A stretch of DNA of 63,252 bases, the filler included, from Stramenopiles sp. TOSAG23-2 (taxonomy: Eukaryota), in assembly GCA_900128395.1 (NCBI GenBank). It is 13 parts of 13 records of this genome, joined end to end, with 100 filler letters (N's around TTAATTAATTAA, not from the genome) between each part and the next. Parts side by side here need not be neighbours in the genome. Positions count along the whole stretch, not along the records: positions 53,311 to 59,097 come from LT650590.1; positions 59,198 to 60,482 come from LT653266.1; positions 60,583 to 61,867 come from LT653267.1; positions 61,968 to 63,252 come from LT653268.1; 9 more parts are not named here. The stretch is one strand, 5' to 3'. The translations under genes were made by a program, and so were the position numbers. The number at the start of each line of letters is the position of its first letter. Positions within the stretch are counted from its first letter, which is position 1. This document shows, one piece after another, positions 54,389 through 63,252 of the stretch. The notes under the pieces are model-generated. The model worked only from the letters and a program-made list of their open reading frames with translations. It ran no database searches and was not told the origin of the DNA.

Positions 54389-54899
54389 AATACATTAACA
54401 TACAGGTACTAACAACACTGATTACTATATAAAAAGTGCCTAAATCCAGAAGAAGAATAATAAATATCATCATAGCACCATCAAAATCATCAAAATCATT
54501 ATTAAAATATATGAAAATAGCATTAGATTGATTTTGTACTCTATGATACTATACACTACTAGCAAAACACGAAACGAAATAGAATAACAAATACATGTAT
54601 TAATCTATAAAATTAAGAACAAAACAAAGAGAAAAACGAGACGTTTCGTTCGGCGGCATCGTTTTGAGGGATGGATATATCATCACCACATCATTTTTAT
54701 ACCTGTACACTCGCTGGAGGAGAATAGAACGCAAGGCCTAACTGGCTAACACAACCAGACAACAAATAATACAAAAAAATACGAAGTATATATATATATA
54801 ACTTATGTATGTATATGTAATAATATTGAGATACAAGGAAAAGCAAACAAACAAGGAATACCGTATATAAATAATACGCAGAAAAATTAGGATAAAACT

Positions 54900-56309
54900 A
54901 TGATCGAACCAAGAAATAAAAATACCAATGGGACAACTGCTACTAAAAAAAAGATACGAACCCCTTTATTAGATCGTTCTAATAATAAAAATGTTGTAAA
55001 TGATGAAAAACCAAAAAAAATGTCACGTTTTCAAGAATTGTTTATGAAATCAGCAAAGAATACTACTGTTGTTTATGAGGATGGATTGCAAAAAACTAAT
55101 CAACAAAAACAAAATTTTCAGAAAAGCAAGGATGATATTCAAGATTCTATTAAAAATGACCAAGTACGATTAGTTTTATCAACAAAATTTGTAAAACAAC
55201 GTAAAAAAAGCAGTAATCGTGATGATATTCAAGATTCTATTAAAAATGACCAAGTACGATTAGTTTCATCAACAAAATTTGTAAAACAACGTAAAAAAAG
55301 CAGTAATCGTATGAGCAATAATAGTACATCTTCACTATTATTAAAAAAGAAAGAAAAAAACTTTCAAGTTATCGAGAAAAAAAAAGTCACACTAACACGT
55401 TCTCAACAACAGAAAAAACGACATATCAAAGAACCGAATGTTTATCATAATGCAAAAAGAAGCAAATGTACAATGTGGAATGATAAACGTTTGGACCAGA
55501 AAAAGCAAAAAATGACAAGAGTAGAAAGAATGAAATTAGCAAGTGCACAAAAGAAACGAATTCATATGGAACACGTACAACGTGAGCGACAAGCAAGACT
55601 TAATGCAAAACGTTTGGAAGAAGAAAAGAAAATAAAAGAACGTGAAGAAAGACGATTGCAGTACGAAGAGGAAATGCGTGTCAAAAGAGTATTGGAAGAT
55701 GAAGAACGTCAAAGACGACATGACGATGTAAAACGTAGAAAATTAGCATATGATCAACAAGTGCAATTAAGATTGCAAAAGAAAGAAAGAGATTTAATAG
55801 AAAATCATAATACGTATAAATCACACACGGAGGAGCAAAAAGATTTACAAAAATACCAAAAAAAGCTCTATAATAAAAGACGTGAATCAATAATGATACG
55901 TGCACACGAACAAAAAAATGTAAGATCAATTAAGAAATTAACAAGAGAACAACGATTACAAAAGGAAATTGAAAACCTTCGTGAAAAAAGTGTAATTGAA
56001 AATGAAACAAAATACCACTTGAAGCAAGAGGAAACATCTATCGTAAAAGACATTATTAATGAAAATAAGCGTATATTGGAAGCTGAAAAAAATATTAAAA
56101 CTGATAAGAAAAGGCAATATTTAAATGTAGAACGTGACATGATTCAATGGAAAGAGGATACCAGATTGCTTGAAGAAGAATTAGAAGCTAGTAGAAGAGA
56201 AAGTGTCATGCCGATTGCAAGTACTGGAATTAACAAATTAAAAAGTATGTGGAAGTTGTTCAACGAGGAATGTATTAAGGAGGAAAATGTACATCCTGAA
56301 ACTATGTGA
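54900..56309 (+). CDS. Basic coiled-coil protein with an N-terminal D-box-like motif and an internal 90-bp duplication (55131-55310)
   Basis: 469-aa ORF, E/R/K-rich helices, RTPLLDRSN (RxxLxxxxN), two RRES motifs, DDIQDSIKNDQVRLV(L/S)STKFVKQRKKSSNR x2. Confidence 0.75.
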   Translation: MIEPRNKNTNGTTATKKKIRTPLLDRSNNKNVVNDEKPKKMSRFQELFMKSAKNTTVVYEDGLQKTNQQKQNFQKSKDDIQDSIKNDQVRLVLSTKFVKQRKKSSNRDDIQDSIKNDQVRLVSSTKFVKQRKKSSNRMSNNSTSSLLLKKKEKNFQVIEKKKVTLTRSQQQKKRHIKEPNVYHNAKRSKCTMWNDKRLDQKKQKMTRVERMKLASAQKKRIHMEHVQRERQARLNAKRLEEEKKIKEREERRLQYEEEMRVKRVLEDEERQRRHDDVKRRKLAYDQQVQLRLQKKERDLIENHNTYKSHTEEQKDLQKYQKKLYNKRRESIMIRAHEQKNVRSIKKLTREQRLQKEIENLREKSVIENETKYHLKQEETSIVKDIINENKRILEAEKNIKTDKKRQYLNVERDMIQWKEDTRLLEEELEASRRESVMPIASTGINKLKSMWKLFNEECIKEENVHPETM

Positions 56310-56441
56310 AAATGTGATTTTCAAAAATTATTGTTAAAAATGTATGTCCGTGCTCTTGCAACTTTTTTTGTTTTTCAAATTGTTTTTTATTTTATATGAT
56401 ATTTATAATATTCATTATATTAATTTTCATTTTTTTCGTTA

Positions 56442-58493
56442 TTATCGCGGTGTACCTAAATTCAATAAAGCACTTGCTGTAGTGATATCATCTTCCTTAT
56501 TATTATTCTTGTTACCTGTACTATTGAACGATGTCGATGGTATAATTTTCAATTGATGATAATTAATCAGTTTATTTTGAGTCAACTCATTACTTTTGTG
56601 TTTAACACTACTCCCCTTGCGTTCAATTGTAGGTGGTGATTTAGGCTTCAATGATTGGCTCTTTTTTCTTAAATCAAAATTATTTAAATCCTCGTAAGAA
56701 TTAGAGCCTTTTTGTACAATGGCTATTCCATATCCATTTGGTGGTGTGGTGAGATCGCTATGTGTGGTATGGCTATCACTATGATAATTTTTTTCATCTT
56801 TGTAAGCAAATTTTGGGAATTTTCTATATTTTTCGCCACCAGCATCATTATCGTCATCACTACTGCTGACGCAACCATCATTTTCGGAATTGTTTACGGA
56901 TGATGACCGTGATGAGTCGTTCTCTTGCCTTCTCAGTTCTAAATTTTCTTCCAAAACTTCAGATACAGCAGCACGTAGCCTTGCAATCTCTTTGGACTGT
57001 TCCATTAATTGAAGTTTTAGATGATTCTGGTGCGATGGTGAATCGACATTTAAAGCATTTGTGCTTGAATCAGATACAAGATTTGTGTTTCTACCTCTTC
57101 TATTTGTATTATTTGTAAGAGCCAACCGTCGTAATTCCACCCCAAAAAAATCGTATGTTAATCGCAATACTTTTGATTGCCCACGACGATGAGAATATGA
57201 TTTTTTACGTGGTCTAGGCGATAACATCATATTGGAAGTAACGTTATTAATTTCGGTCCCATTATTACTATTCGTAAAAGTGTTGCTATTTATAGAAATG
57301 GAAGCAGATGGCGAAAACAAATTTTTATCATTTAAATTACCTAAAAACCTGTCTGTCATTGTTAAAAGCCTATTATCGCAGTCCTTAACAACGTCATTGC
57401 TGCTGCTGCTGCTATTATTGTAATAATAAGGCATTGAATAAGATTTTTTCAAGGCACGCCCATGCTTTAGTTTTTTATTCATCATTGGTTGCATCGAAGC
57501 TTGCTTGGTGCGCAATGAATTGAAGCGATTTTTTACAGCGTTTTCCGGTCTTCCTCCTAAGATTTTTGCAATTTCACTCCAACGATTTCCTAAACGGCTT
57601 TGAGCTCGTAGTAAAATTTCATCTTCTTTGACAGTCCATTCCGCCTTTTTCAGCGTTGGATCTAAATGATTTTTCCACCGTTCACGGCATTGCTTACCGC
57701 TGCGGCCAGGAATATGTGCAGCGATTATGGACCAGCTCTCACTCCCATATTTATTCACATATTTCCTTAAGAGTGCATCTTGATCCCTATGCCATGGTCC
57801 TTTAATTATAGGGCGAATTTGTTCCCAATGCTCTGCCACATCCTTAGCAGAAAGTGGCCCAACATCATTGCAATTTATTTCTTTTAATATTTCATTCCAT
57901 TCTCCTTCACCATGTGTTTTTATAGCTTCAAAAAGACTTTTATTCATATCTTCCGTCCATATATTATCAACAACAATAGAAGTGTTGCTAAAGTTGGTCC
58001 TTCCAGAAGTTACTGGACATCTCACTTGATGTCGATGCTTTGAGCGCGATAGACGTTGCAGTGGCGGCGGTGATTCTCGATCCTCTTCACCATCAGAATT
58101 TTCATCTTGCGATACAGTTGTTGAACTACTATCACTTTCATGCTTTGAATCATGTTGTACCGAGGAGGACGTAGATGGAACGCTCATCATAGGTATTTCC
58201 CTTTGTGCATACGTTTCAACCGCTTTTATAAATTGCGAATTATTTGATACAGTTCCACCTCCATAATGTTTACCTCTTGATAAAGAATTATTTGACAAAT
58301 TGTTTGGTGTACATGCTCGCTTTAATGGGGAGCCTATAATTACCGAGCCAAATTCAATACCAACATGTTTACGTTTACTCTTCTTATGCTTGGACGTTAT
58401 CATAATTGATTTTGTTTCTATAGAAACTGGTTTTCCATTTTCTACGTCTTGCTTTCGCTCTTGCATCCTCCTCTTTTCTTTCCATCGATGCAT
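56442..58493 (-). CDS. Myb transcription factor with three Myb repeats (divergent R1 plus R2R3)
   Basis: WTEDMN...GEWNEI...HW; KGPW...WSIIAAHIPGRSGKQCRERWKNHLDP; EWTVKED...LGNRWSEIAKILGGRPENAVKNRF; coiled coil; C-terminal ASALLNL. Confidence 0.92.
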   Translation of the reverse strand: MHRWKEKRRMQERKQDVENGKPVSIETKSIMITSKHKKSKRKHVGIEFGSVIIGSPLKRACTPNNLSNNSLSRGKHYGGGTVSNNSQFIKAVETYAQREIPMMSVPSTSSSVQHDSKHESDSSSTTVSQDENSDGEEDRESPPPLQRLSRSKHRHQVRCPVTSGRTNFSNTSIVVDNIWTEDMNKSLFEAIKTHGEGEWNEILKEINCNDVGPLSAKDVAEHWEQIRPIIKGPWHRDQDALLRKYVNKYGSESWSIIAAHIPGRSGKQCRERWKNHLDPTLKKAEWTVKEDEILLRAQSRLGNRWSEIAKILGGRPENAVKNRFNSLRTKQASMQPMMNKKLKHGRALKKSYSMPYYYNNSSSSSNDVVKDCDNRLLTMTDRFLGNLNDKNLFSPSASISINSNTFTNSNNGTEINNVTSNMMLSPRPRKKSYSHRRGQSKVLRLTYDFFGVELRRLALTNNTNRRGRNTNLVSDSSTNALNVDSPSHQNHLKLQLMEQSKEIARLRAAVSEVLEENLELRRQENDSSRSSSVNNSENDGCVSSSDDDNDAGGEKYRKFPKFAYKDEKNYHSDSHTTHSDLTTPPNGYGIAIVQKGSNSYEDLNNFDLRKKSQSLKPKSPPTIERKGSSVKHKSNELTQNKLINYHQLKIIPSTSFNSTGNKNNNKEDDITTASALLNLGTPR

Positions 58494-59197
58494 TTTTGAT
58501 AAAATACCAATTATAATTAATTTATTTGGTCAATAATTTAAATGAAATTTCTGTTATTAATTTTTATGAAAACGATTATTGTTTTTGAAAACGGATTGAA
58601 AAGTGGTAACGTCTATTTTTTTTTTACACAAAATTTGAAAATAATTGAGACAACTATATACTATAGACGACAAAAACAATTTTACCAAATTTTTATGTTC
58701 TGCCAATCAAATGTATTAATTCTAAAGATTCAACGATACTATATGTGAACACACTTTACTTTAAAGGAATGATTGTTCTTTAAAAATCTGATAGAAATAA
58801 TATAAAATAGTTTTTGTATATATCATAGTAATATATAATAAATACATATAGTAGTATAAGCATATATATCAGATATGCATGTTATTTACAAGTAATAATA
58901 ATACGTAGTAGTACAGTAATACTATTGTGGGTTTGTTTTCAAATAGTGCTGTATAGTGCTATAGCTGTTTCAAATATAAAGTGTGAAAAAATATAAAATA
59001 GCACTGAACAATCAGCCGGTAGCTACTGGACTTTGTTCGTACTTATAGTATTTCAAGTATACTAACATTAAATTAATATAGGCTATAGTTCAGCTGCNNN
59101 NNNNNNNNNNNNNNNNNNNNNNNNNNNNNNNNNNNNNNNNNTTAATTAATTAANNNNNNNNNNNNNNNNNNNNNNNNNNNNNNNNNNNNNNNNNNNN

Positions 59198-60429
59198 GTG
59201 AAGAAGTTGGGATAATGGTAGTGGGTTTAGGACAAAACGGGACCGGTTGGTAGTACGGAAACTGACAGGGGGATCAGACGATGAAACATTGATCTTGGAA
59301 AGAGAATTGGGGTAAATCATGCAGACGTTGAGGAAAAGTGGAAGTTGACGATGAATTGATAGAGGAAATATAGGAGGCGTAGTTAGTATAGAAAAGGAAG
59401 CGATGTGGATTGGAAGTTGGTGTAAATAGAGAGAAGACGGGCTTACTTAAAAGGCGACCAATTAGATATGGTAGACAGGCAGGATAAATGAATGGTTCCT
59501 TGCTGTGACAGGACCGAACGGGGGTTGCGGAAACAAACAGGTGGATTGTAAGACGAAGCAGGGATCAGGGAAGAGAAATTGAGGAAGGTCGTACAGACAT
59601 TGGAGGAAGAGTGAGCAATGGAAAGACGGAGGAAACAGGAGATAGAGGTTGTACACAAAAAATAAGGGAGAAGTGAGGTAGATTGGGAGTTTGTGAAAGG
59701 GATTTAGGGCAGACGGTGATTTAAAGGGTACGCACCAATTGGATATGGTAGACAAGCGGAATGAATGATCACGGTGATTTAAAGGGTACGCACCAATTAG
59801 ATATGGTAGACAAGCGGAATGAATGATCAGATATACAGACAAAGAAAGAAGAGGGAAAAATGGATATCGAAAGTAAGGAGAAAGCGCGGGTATTGAATTG
59901 ATGAAGATCAGTTGAAGATATACAATCGAATATTGGAAATCGAGATGTGGTTTGGGAAAAACTAATAGTTGCGAGATAACTGCGAAATGATAGTAGTAGT
60001 AACTTAGGAAAGGTAGATTACAAGGAACACGAGTTGTGCGTGAACATTTTGATGTCAGTGGTTTTAAGAAAACAAACGATAAGGAAAGATGAGTATTGGA
60101 AGTTAAAGAACTGCTTTGCCAGCGGGCGAACCAAGAAGGTCACGTTGGTCATAGAACTAGAGATGTGAGTCAACGGAAATGACAAATTTGAGTTTGAGAT
60201 AAGGGATAGCTAAGATAACTAAAATGACAGAGCGGACGAATGATGATATGTGTGAGCAGGGGACGGACTAGGTAGTTCAAGGGATTACTTAATTAGAGGA
60301 GATTCAAGAATATTGGGTAAAATGGGTGGCAGAGATAGTTTAATTAGAGAACAATCACTGCGAGGGATAAATTAGTCGCCAGGTAGGTTGGTAGACGGTT
60401 ACACGGCTCAAAAAAAAAAAAAAAAAAAA
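59198..60429 (+). mobile_element. Possible decayed non-LTR retroelement 3' end (purine-rich strand ending in A20)
   Basis: Strong G+A skew and higher GC than the other contigs, coding-like but full of stops, ending in poly(A) at 60410-60429 before AT-rich host-like DNA. No intact RT motif was found. Confidence 0.35.
59713..59828. repeat. Tandem repeat, 58 bp x2 (1 mismatch), with a degenerate third copy at about 59447-59493
   Basis: ACGGTGATTTAAAGGGTACGCACCAATT(G/A)GATATGGTAGACAAGCGGAATGAATGATC at 59713 and 59771. Confidence 0.9.
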
Positions 60430-60583
60430 GGGGGTCTTGCCTTGTAAAATAAAAAATATTTTGATTTTCATCAAACATTAGANNNNNNNNNNNNNNNNNN
60501 NNNNNNNNNNNNNNNNNNNNNNNNNNTTAATTAATTAANNNNNNNNNNNNNNNNNNNNNNNNNNNNNNNNNNNNNNNNNNNNT

Positions 60584-61522
60584 ACAGCAACGCAATATAC
60601 TGGCGAGGAATTTTTTCAAGGTGGATTAAATCGTTATAAACAGCAGCTAAGTGATCAATTGAAAAATGGTACTTATGTCACCGAACGAAAGCAAGTGGAA
60701 GTAGAAGAGATGGCATTGGCACCAGTAAGTTCCAAACAAAGTGATTCAAATAAATTGCAACATTCAAAACAGCTTGTATGGAAAACAGTTCCAAGAAAAG
60801 ATGATCATGGTCTTGAGTTAAGAGATGAAAATCCTTTATCTGATTACGGAATTGAAGTTACACAAGTATTGGTTAGCGACCCAACTCCAGAAGGGAGCCT
60901 CGAACGGTTGCTCATGGACAAAAAAACACTTGTTGCTGATCGAATCAAAGCAGTACAAGAACAAGAAACAAGTAAAGCACAAGCTAAAACGGAGCAATTG
61001 AAAAAAGAGATTCAACGCACACGCGCTGTTCAAGATGCACAAAGAGAAAAAGAATTAGCTGTAATTTCCGAACAAAAACAAGTTGAAATTGCAAAACGGA
61101 TCCAAGAAAGACAAGTCGTAGAGCAAACTAAACTTCAAGAGTTGGCTTTAATTGATAAGGAAAAAGAATTGCAAATCGCGAAATCAAACTTGGAAATTGG
61201 TAAAGCTGCTTCAGCAGCAGCAGTATTTGAAGCAAAAGCAATTAAAGAACGAGGTTTAGCCGATGCTGCGGTACTTCAAGCAAGATACAGGGCATTAAAT
61301 CAAAACAAAGAAATTTATTTAGCTGAAATTCAACGTGACATTTCACAAGTTGTGTACACAAATTTAAAAGATTTTAAAATTGAAATTCCAAAAAATTATG
61401 TTGGTGGTAGCGGTGGTAAAATGACATCAAATTTAGATGTTATTACAAGTTTTGCAGCATTGGCAACAATGAGTGCGGCAGACCAGGCAAAACTTGTTGC
61501 TAAGTTAAATGAAACGTCGTAA
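60584..61522 (+). CDS. SPFH/Band-7 (flotillin-like) domain protein, 5' end cut by contig edge
   Basis: Open from the edge: TATQYTGEEFFQGG...DQLKNGTY...NPLSDYGIEVTQVLVSD (SPFH end), then A/E/Q-rich coiled coil and EAKAIKERGLADAAV. Confidence 0.75.
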   Translation, partial: TATQYTGEEFFQGGLNRYKQQLSDQLKNGTYVTERKQVEVEEMALAPVSSKQSDSNKLQHSKQLVWKTVPRKDDHGLELRDENPLSDYGIEVTQVLVSDPTPEGSLERLLMDKKTLVADRIKAVQEQETSKAQAKTEQLKKEIQRTRAVQDAQREKELAVISEQKQVEIAKRIQERQVVEQTKLQELALIDKEKELQIAKSNLEIGKAASAAAVFEAKAIKERGLADAAVLQARYRALNQNKEIYLAEIQRDISQVVYTNLKDFKIEIPKNYVGGSGGKMTSNLDVITSFAALATMSAADQAKLVAKLNETS

Positions 61523-61967
61523 CATTTAAAATATCTTAAAAAAAAAAACAAAATATCTAGATGTGAAACATTAAAATACATTTTAGTCTATTATACTGAA
61601 GAACGGGAGTTGGTATTATGACTGAGGGTGTGTTTTGGCACAAAAGGAAAAAACTAAGGGAAAGTGGAAAAGCTTTTTACATCGCGAGTGTGTGCGTGAT
61701 ATATTAGCTTCTAAAATATTTTTGGAGAAGAAAAACTTTTATATATCAGAGAGTGAAATATACTTCTTTATAAAATATTTGATAAAAATATTTATTTTAA
61801 AAATATAAAATCAAAATCTTACTTTCATTGAAAGAAAAATTAACACTTTTTACCGTTTTCTCTCTCTNNNNNNNNNNNNNNNNNNNNNNNNNNNNNNNNN
61901 NNNNNNNNNNNTTAATTAATTAANNNNNNNNNNNNNNNNNNNNNNNNNNNNNNNNNNNNNNNNNNNN

Positions 61968-63250
61968 TAACATAGGTGGTATACCATTTTTGTAACAGCA
62001 TTTAGTTCCTGCAGGTGCAGACGAGCCACGTTCGTCATTTTCCGGACCAGACGAACCACTTTCTTCATTTCCGGGACCGCTTGAGCCAGAGGAACCACTT
62101 TCCATATTTCCAGGACCGCTTGAGCCGGAGGAATCACTTTCTTCTTCATTCCCGGGACCGCTTGACCCAGAGGAACCACTTTCCATATTTCCAGGACCGC
62201 TCGAGCCGGAGGAATCATTTTCCATATTTCCAGGACCTGAGGATCCAGAGGAACCACTTTCGTTTCTAACAACATGTCTCATTTCCACAGTTTGAGGTTC
62301 TACCTCGTTATTTTTAGGCTCATCTGATGACGGGTTACATGTAGCAGTCATATCATCGAATATCCAGAGGAACCACTTTCCATATTTCCAGGACCGCTCG
62401 AGCCGGAGGAATCATTTTCCATATTTCCAGGACCTGAGGATCCAGAGGAACCACTTTCGTTTCTAACAACATGTCTCATTTCCACAGTTTGAGGTTCTAC
62501 CTCGTTATTTTTAGGCTCATCTGATGACGGGTTACATGTAGCAGTCATATCATCGAATATACAGTTTGGCAAGTTATTGCATGTAATTTTACGCTCACTT
62601 TGTGGAAAAATATCATTGATATATTCACCATCTTTAGTTAACAAACAACGTTTAATTTCTTTCATTGTTGGCATTTGGTTGATTTTTTCTGGACTGATCA
62701 TCTCACCTTCAACATAATGCGCATCAAAATATGCCATGTCTGGATGTAAATCATACTCCGCTTTAGCGAACCAATTCTTGCTTTGCCGTTTGAGACCACA
62801 CTTTCCAACCTCAAGCTCTCCATCGACATTCAACACACACCAACGACATCCATCGCGGCATAACATACCATTCTCTTTCAATTCCCATTCTCCAAAGTTA
62901 TGTACATCACCAGGGCCAGCTAAACCGCCAACCTCTGCCATATTTGCTAACTCTTTTAACATCGTTCCTTCCGTGTCGCAATTTTCTAATGTGATACTAC
63001 CACCTTTATGATCTTTATTTGTAATGCAAAGGTTGTCCTCCATATTTTTAACAACCCAACGTGTTGTTTTTACGCCCTTTGCATTAATAAATGCTCTCTG
63101 TTCACCTTGGTATATTTGAGATAAATCTTCGCCATCTTTACCTTTCTTTTGATCAACTGGAATCCATACATCGGATACACCATCACAAACGTTCAAGCCT
63201 AGTGCCTTTGGTACGATTGTTTTCTTTAAACTGCTTATCTCAATAAACGA
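61968..63250 (-). CDS. Internal fragment of a probable extracellular protein with a ricin-B-like lectin region and ESGSSGSSGPGN repeats; frame broken by a 197-bp exact duplication
   Basis: Open at both contig edges. LCIT...ITLENCD and WEL..NGML...WCV...LEVGKC...NW resemble beta-trefoil repeats. Removing one of 62167-62363 or 62364-62560 fuses the 282-aa and 143-aa ORFs. Confidence 0.6.
62167..62560. repeat. Exact tandem duplication, 197 bp x2
   Basis: CCAGAGGAACCACTTTCC...CATATCATCGAATAT at 62167-62363 and 62364-62560. Confidence 0.92.
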
Positions 63251-63252
63251 CT

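Noticed and set aside
5832-61967. Regularly spaced TTAATTAATTAA motif flanked by Ns, superficially like a repeat array or PacI-site system
   Set aside because: Artificial 100-bp spacers joining size-sorted contigs. ORF-track products ending in X...LIN are artefacts of these spacers.
1-63252. Functional gene clustering across the window (for example ATG4, TPP1, lectin receptor and AP-2 as a phagotrophy island)
   Set aside because: These genes lie on different unlinked contigs, so their adjacency is an artefact of concatenation.

Overview
This is AT-rich eukaryotic nuclear DNA with poly-Asn tracts, standard genetic code, few introns and closely packed genes. It most resembles a heterotrophic protist, plausibly a marine stramenopile-like single-cell or metagenome assembly; the taxonomy is inference only. 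The window is not one locus. It is 13 unlinked contigs (ten of about 5.8 kb in falling size order, then three of 1285 bp) joined by 100-bp N44-TTAATTAATTAA-N44 spacers, so neighbourhood across spacers means nothing. Recognisable genes: AP-2 sigma (spliced, missed by the ORF track), proteasome alpha-3, an HMG-box protein, an ankyrin protein, a cN-II/NT5DC 5'-nucleotidase, two tandem divergent ADP/ATP-carrier-like genes, LRR proteins, a JmjC oxygenase, ATG4, a PPR protein, a multi-C-type-lectin receptor, the ICMT C-terminus (also missed by the ORF track), a FEX fluoride exporter, a DD3-3-like protein, a 7TM protein, a spliced sedolisin/TPP1, a SWSAP1-like ATPase, a three-repeat MYB and an SPFH protein. 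Most notable: (1) a >1850-aa protein with DEK-C-like and 2 PDZ domains plus at least 6 copies of an unnamed ~110-aa domain with RAMA/SAND-like traits; (2) an ADP/ATP-carrier-like protein fused to a chromo-like domain; (3) giant intronless proteins built from phage-fibre-like modules; (4) a 280-bp diverged inverted repeat giving two convergent genes the same 3' sequence; (5) a PAN-in-PAN insertion inside the sedolisin catalytic domain. Several frameshifts, inversion junctions and exact tandem duplications may be amplification or assembly artefacts. No tRNA, rRNA or CRISPR was seen.
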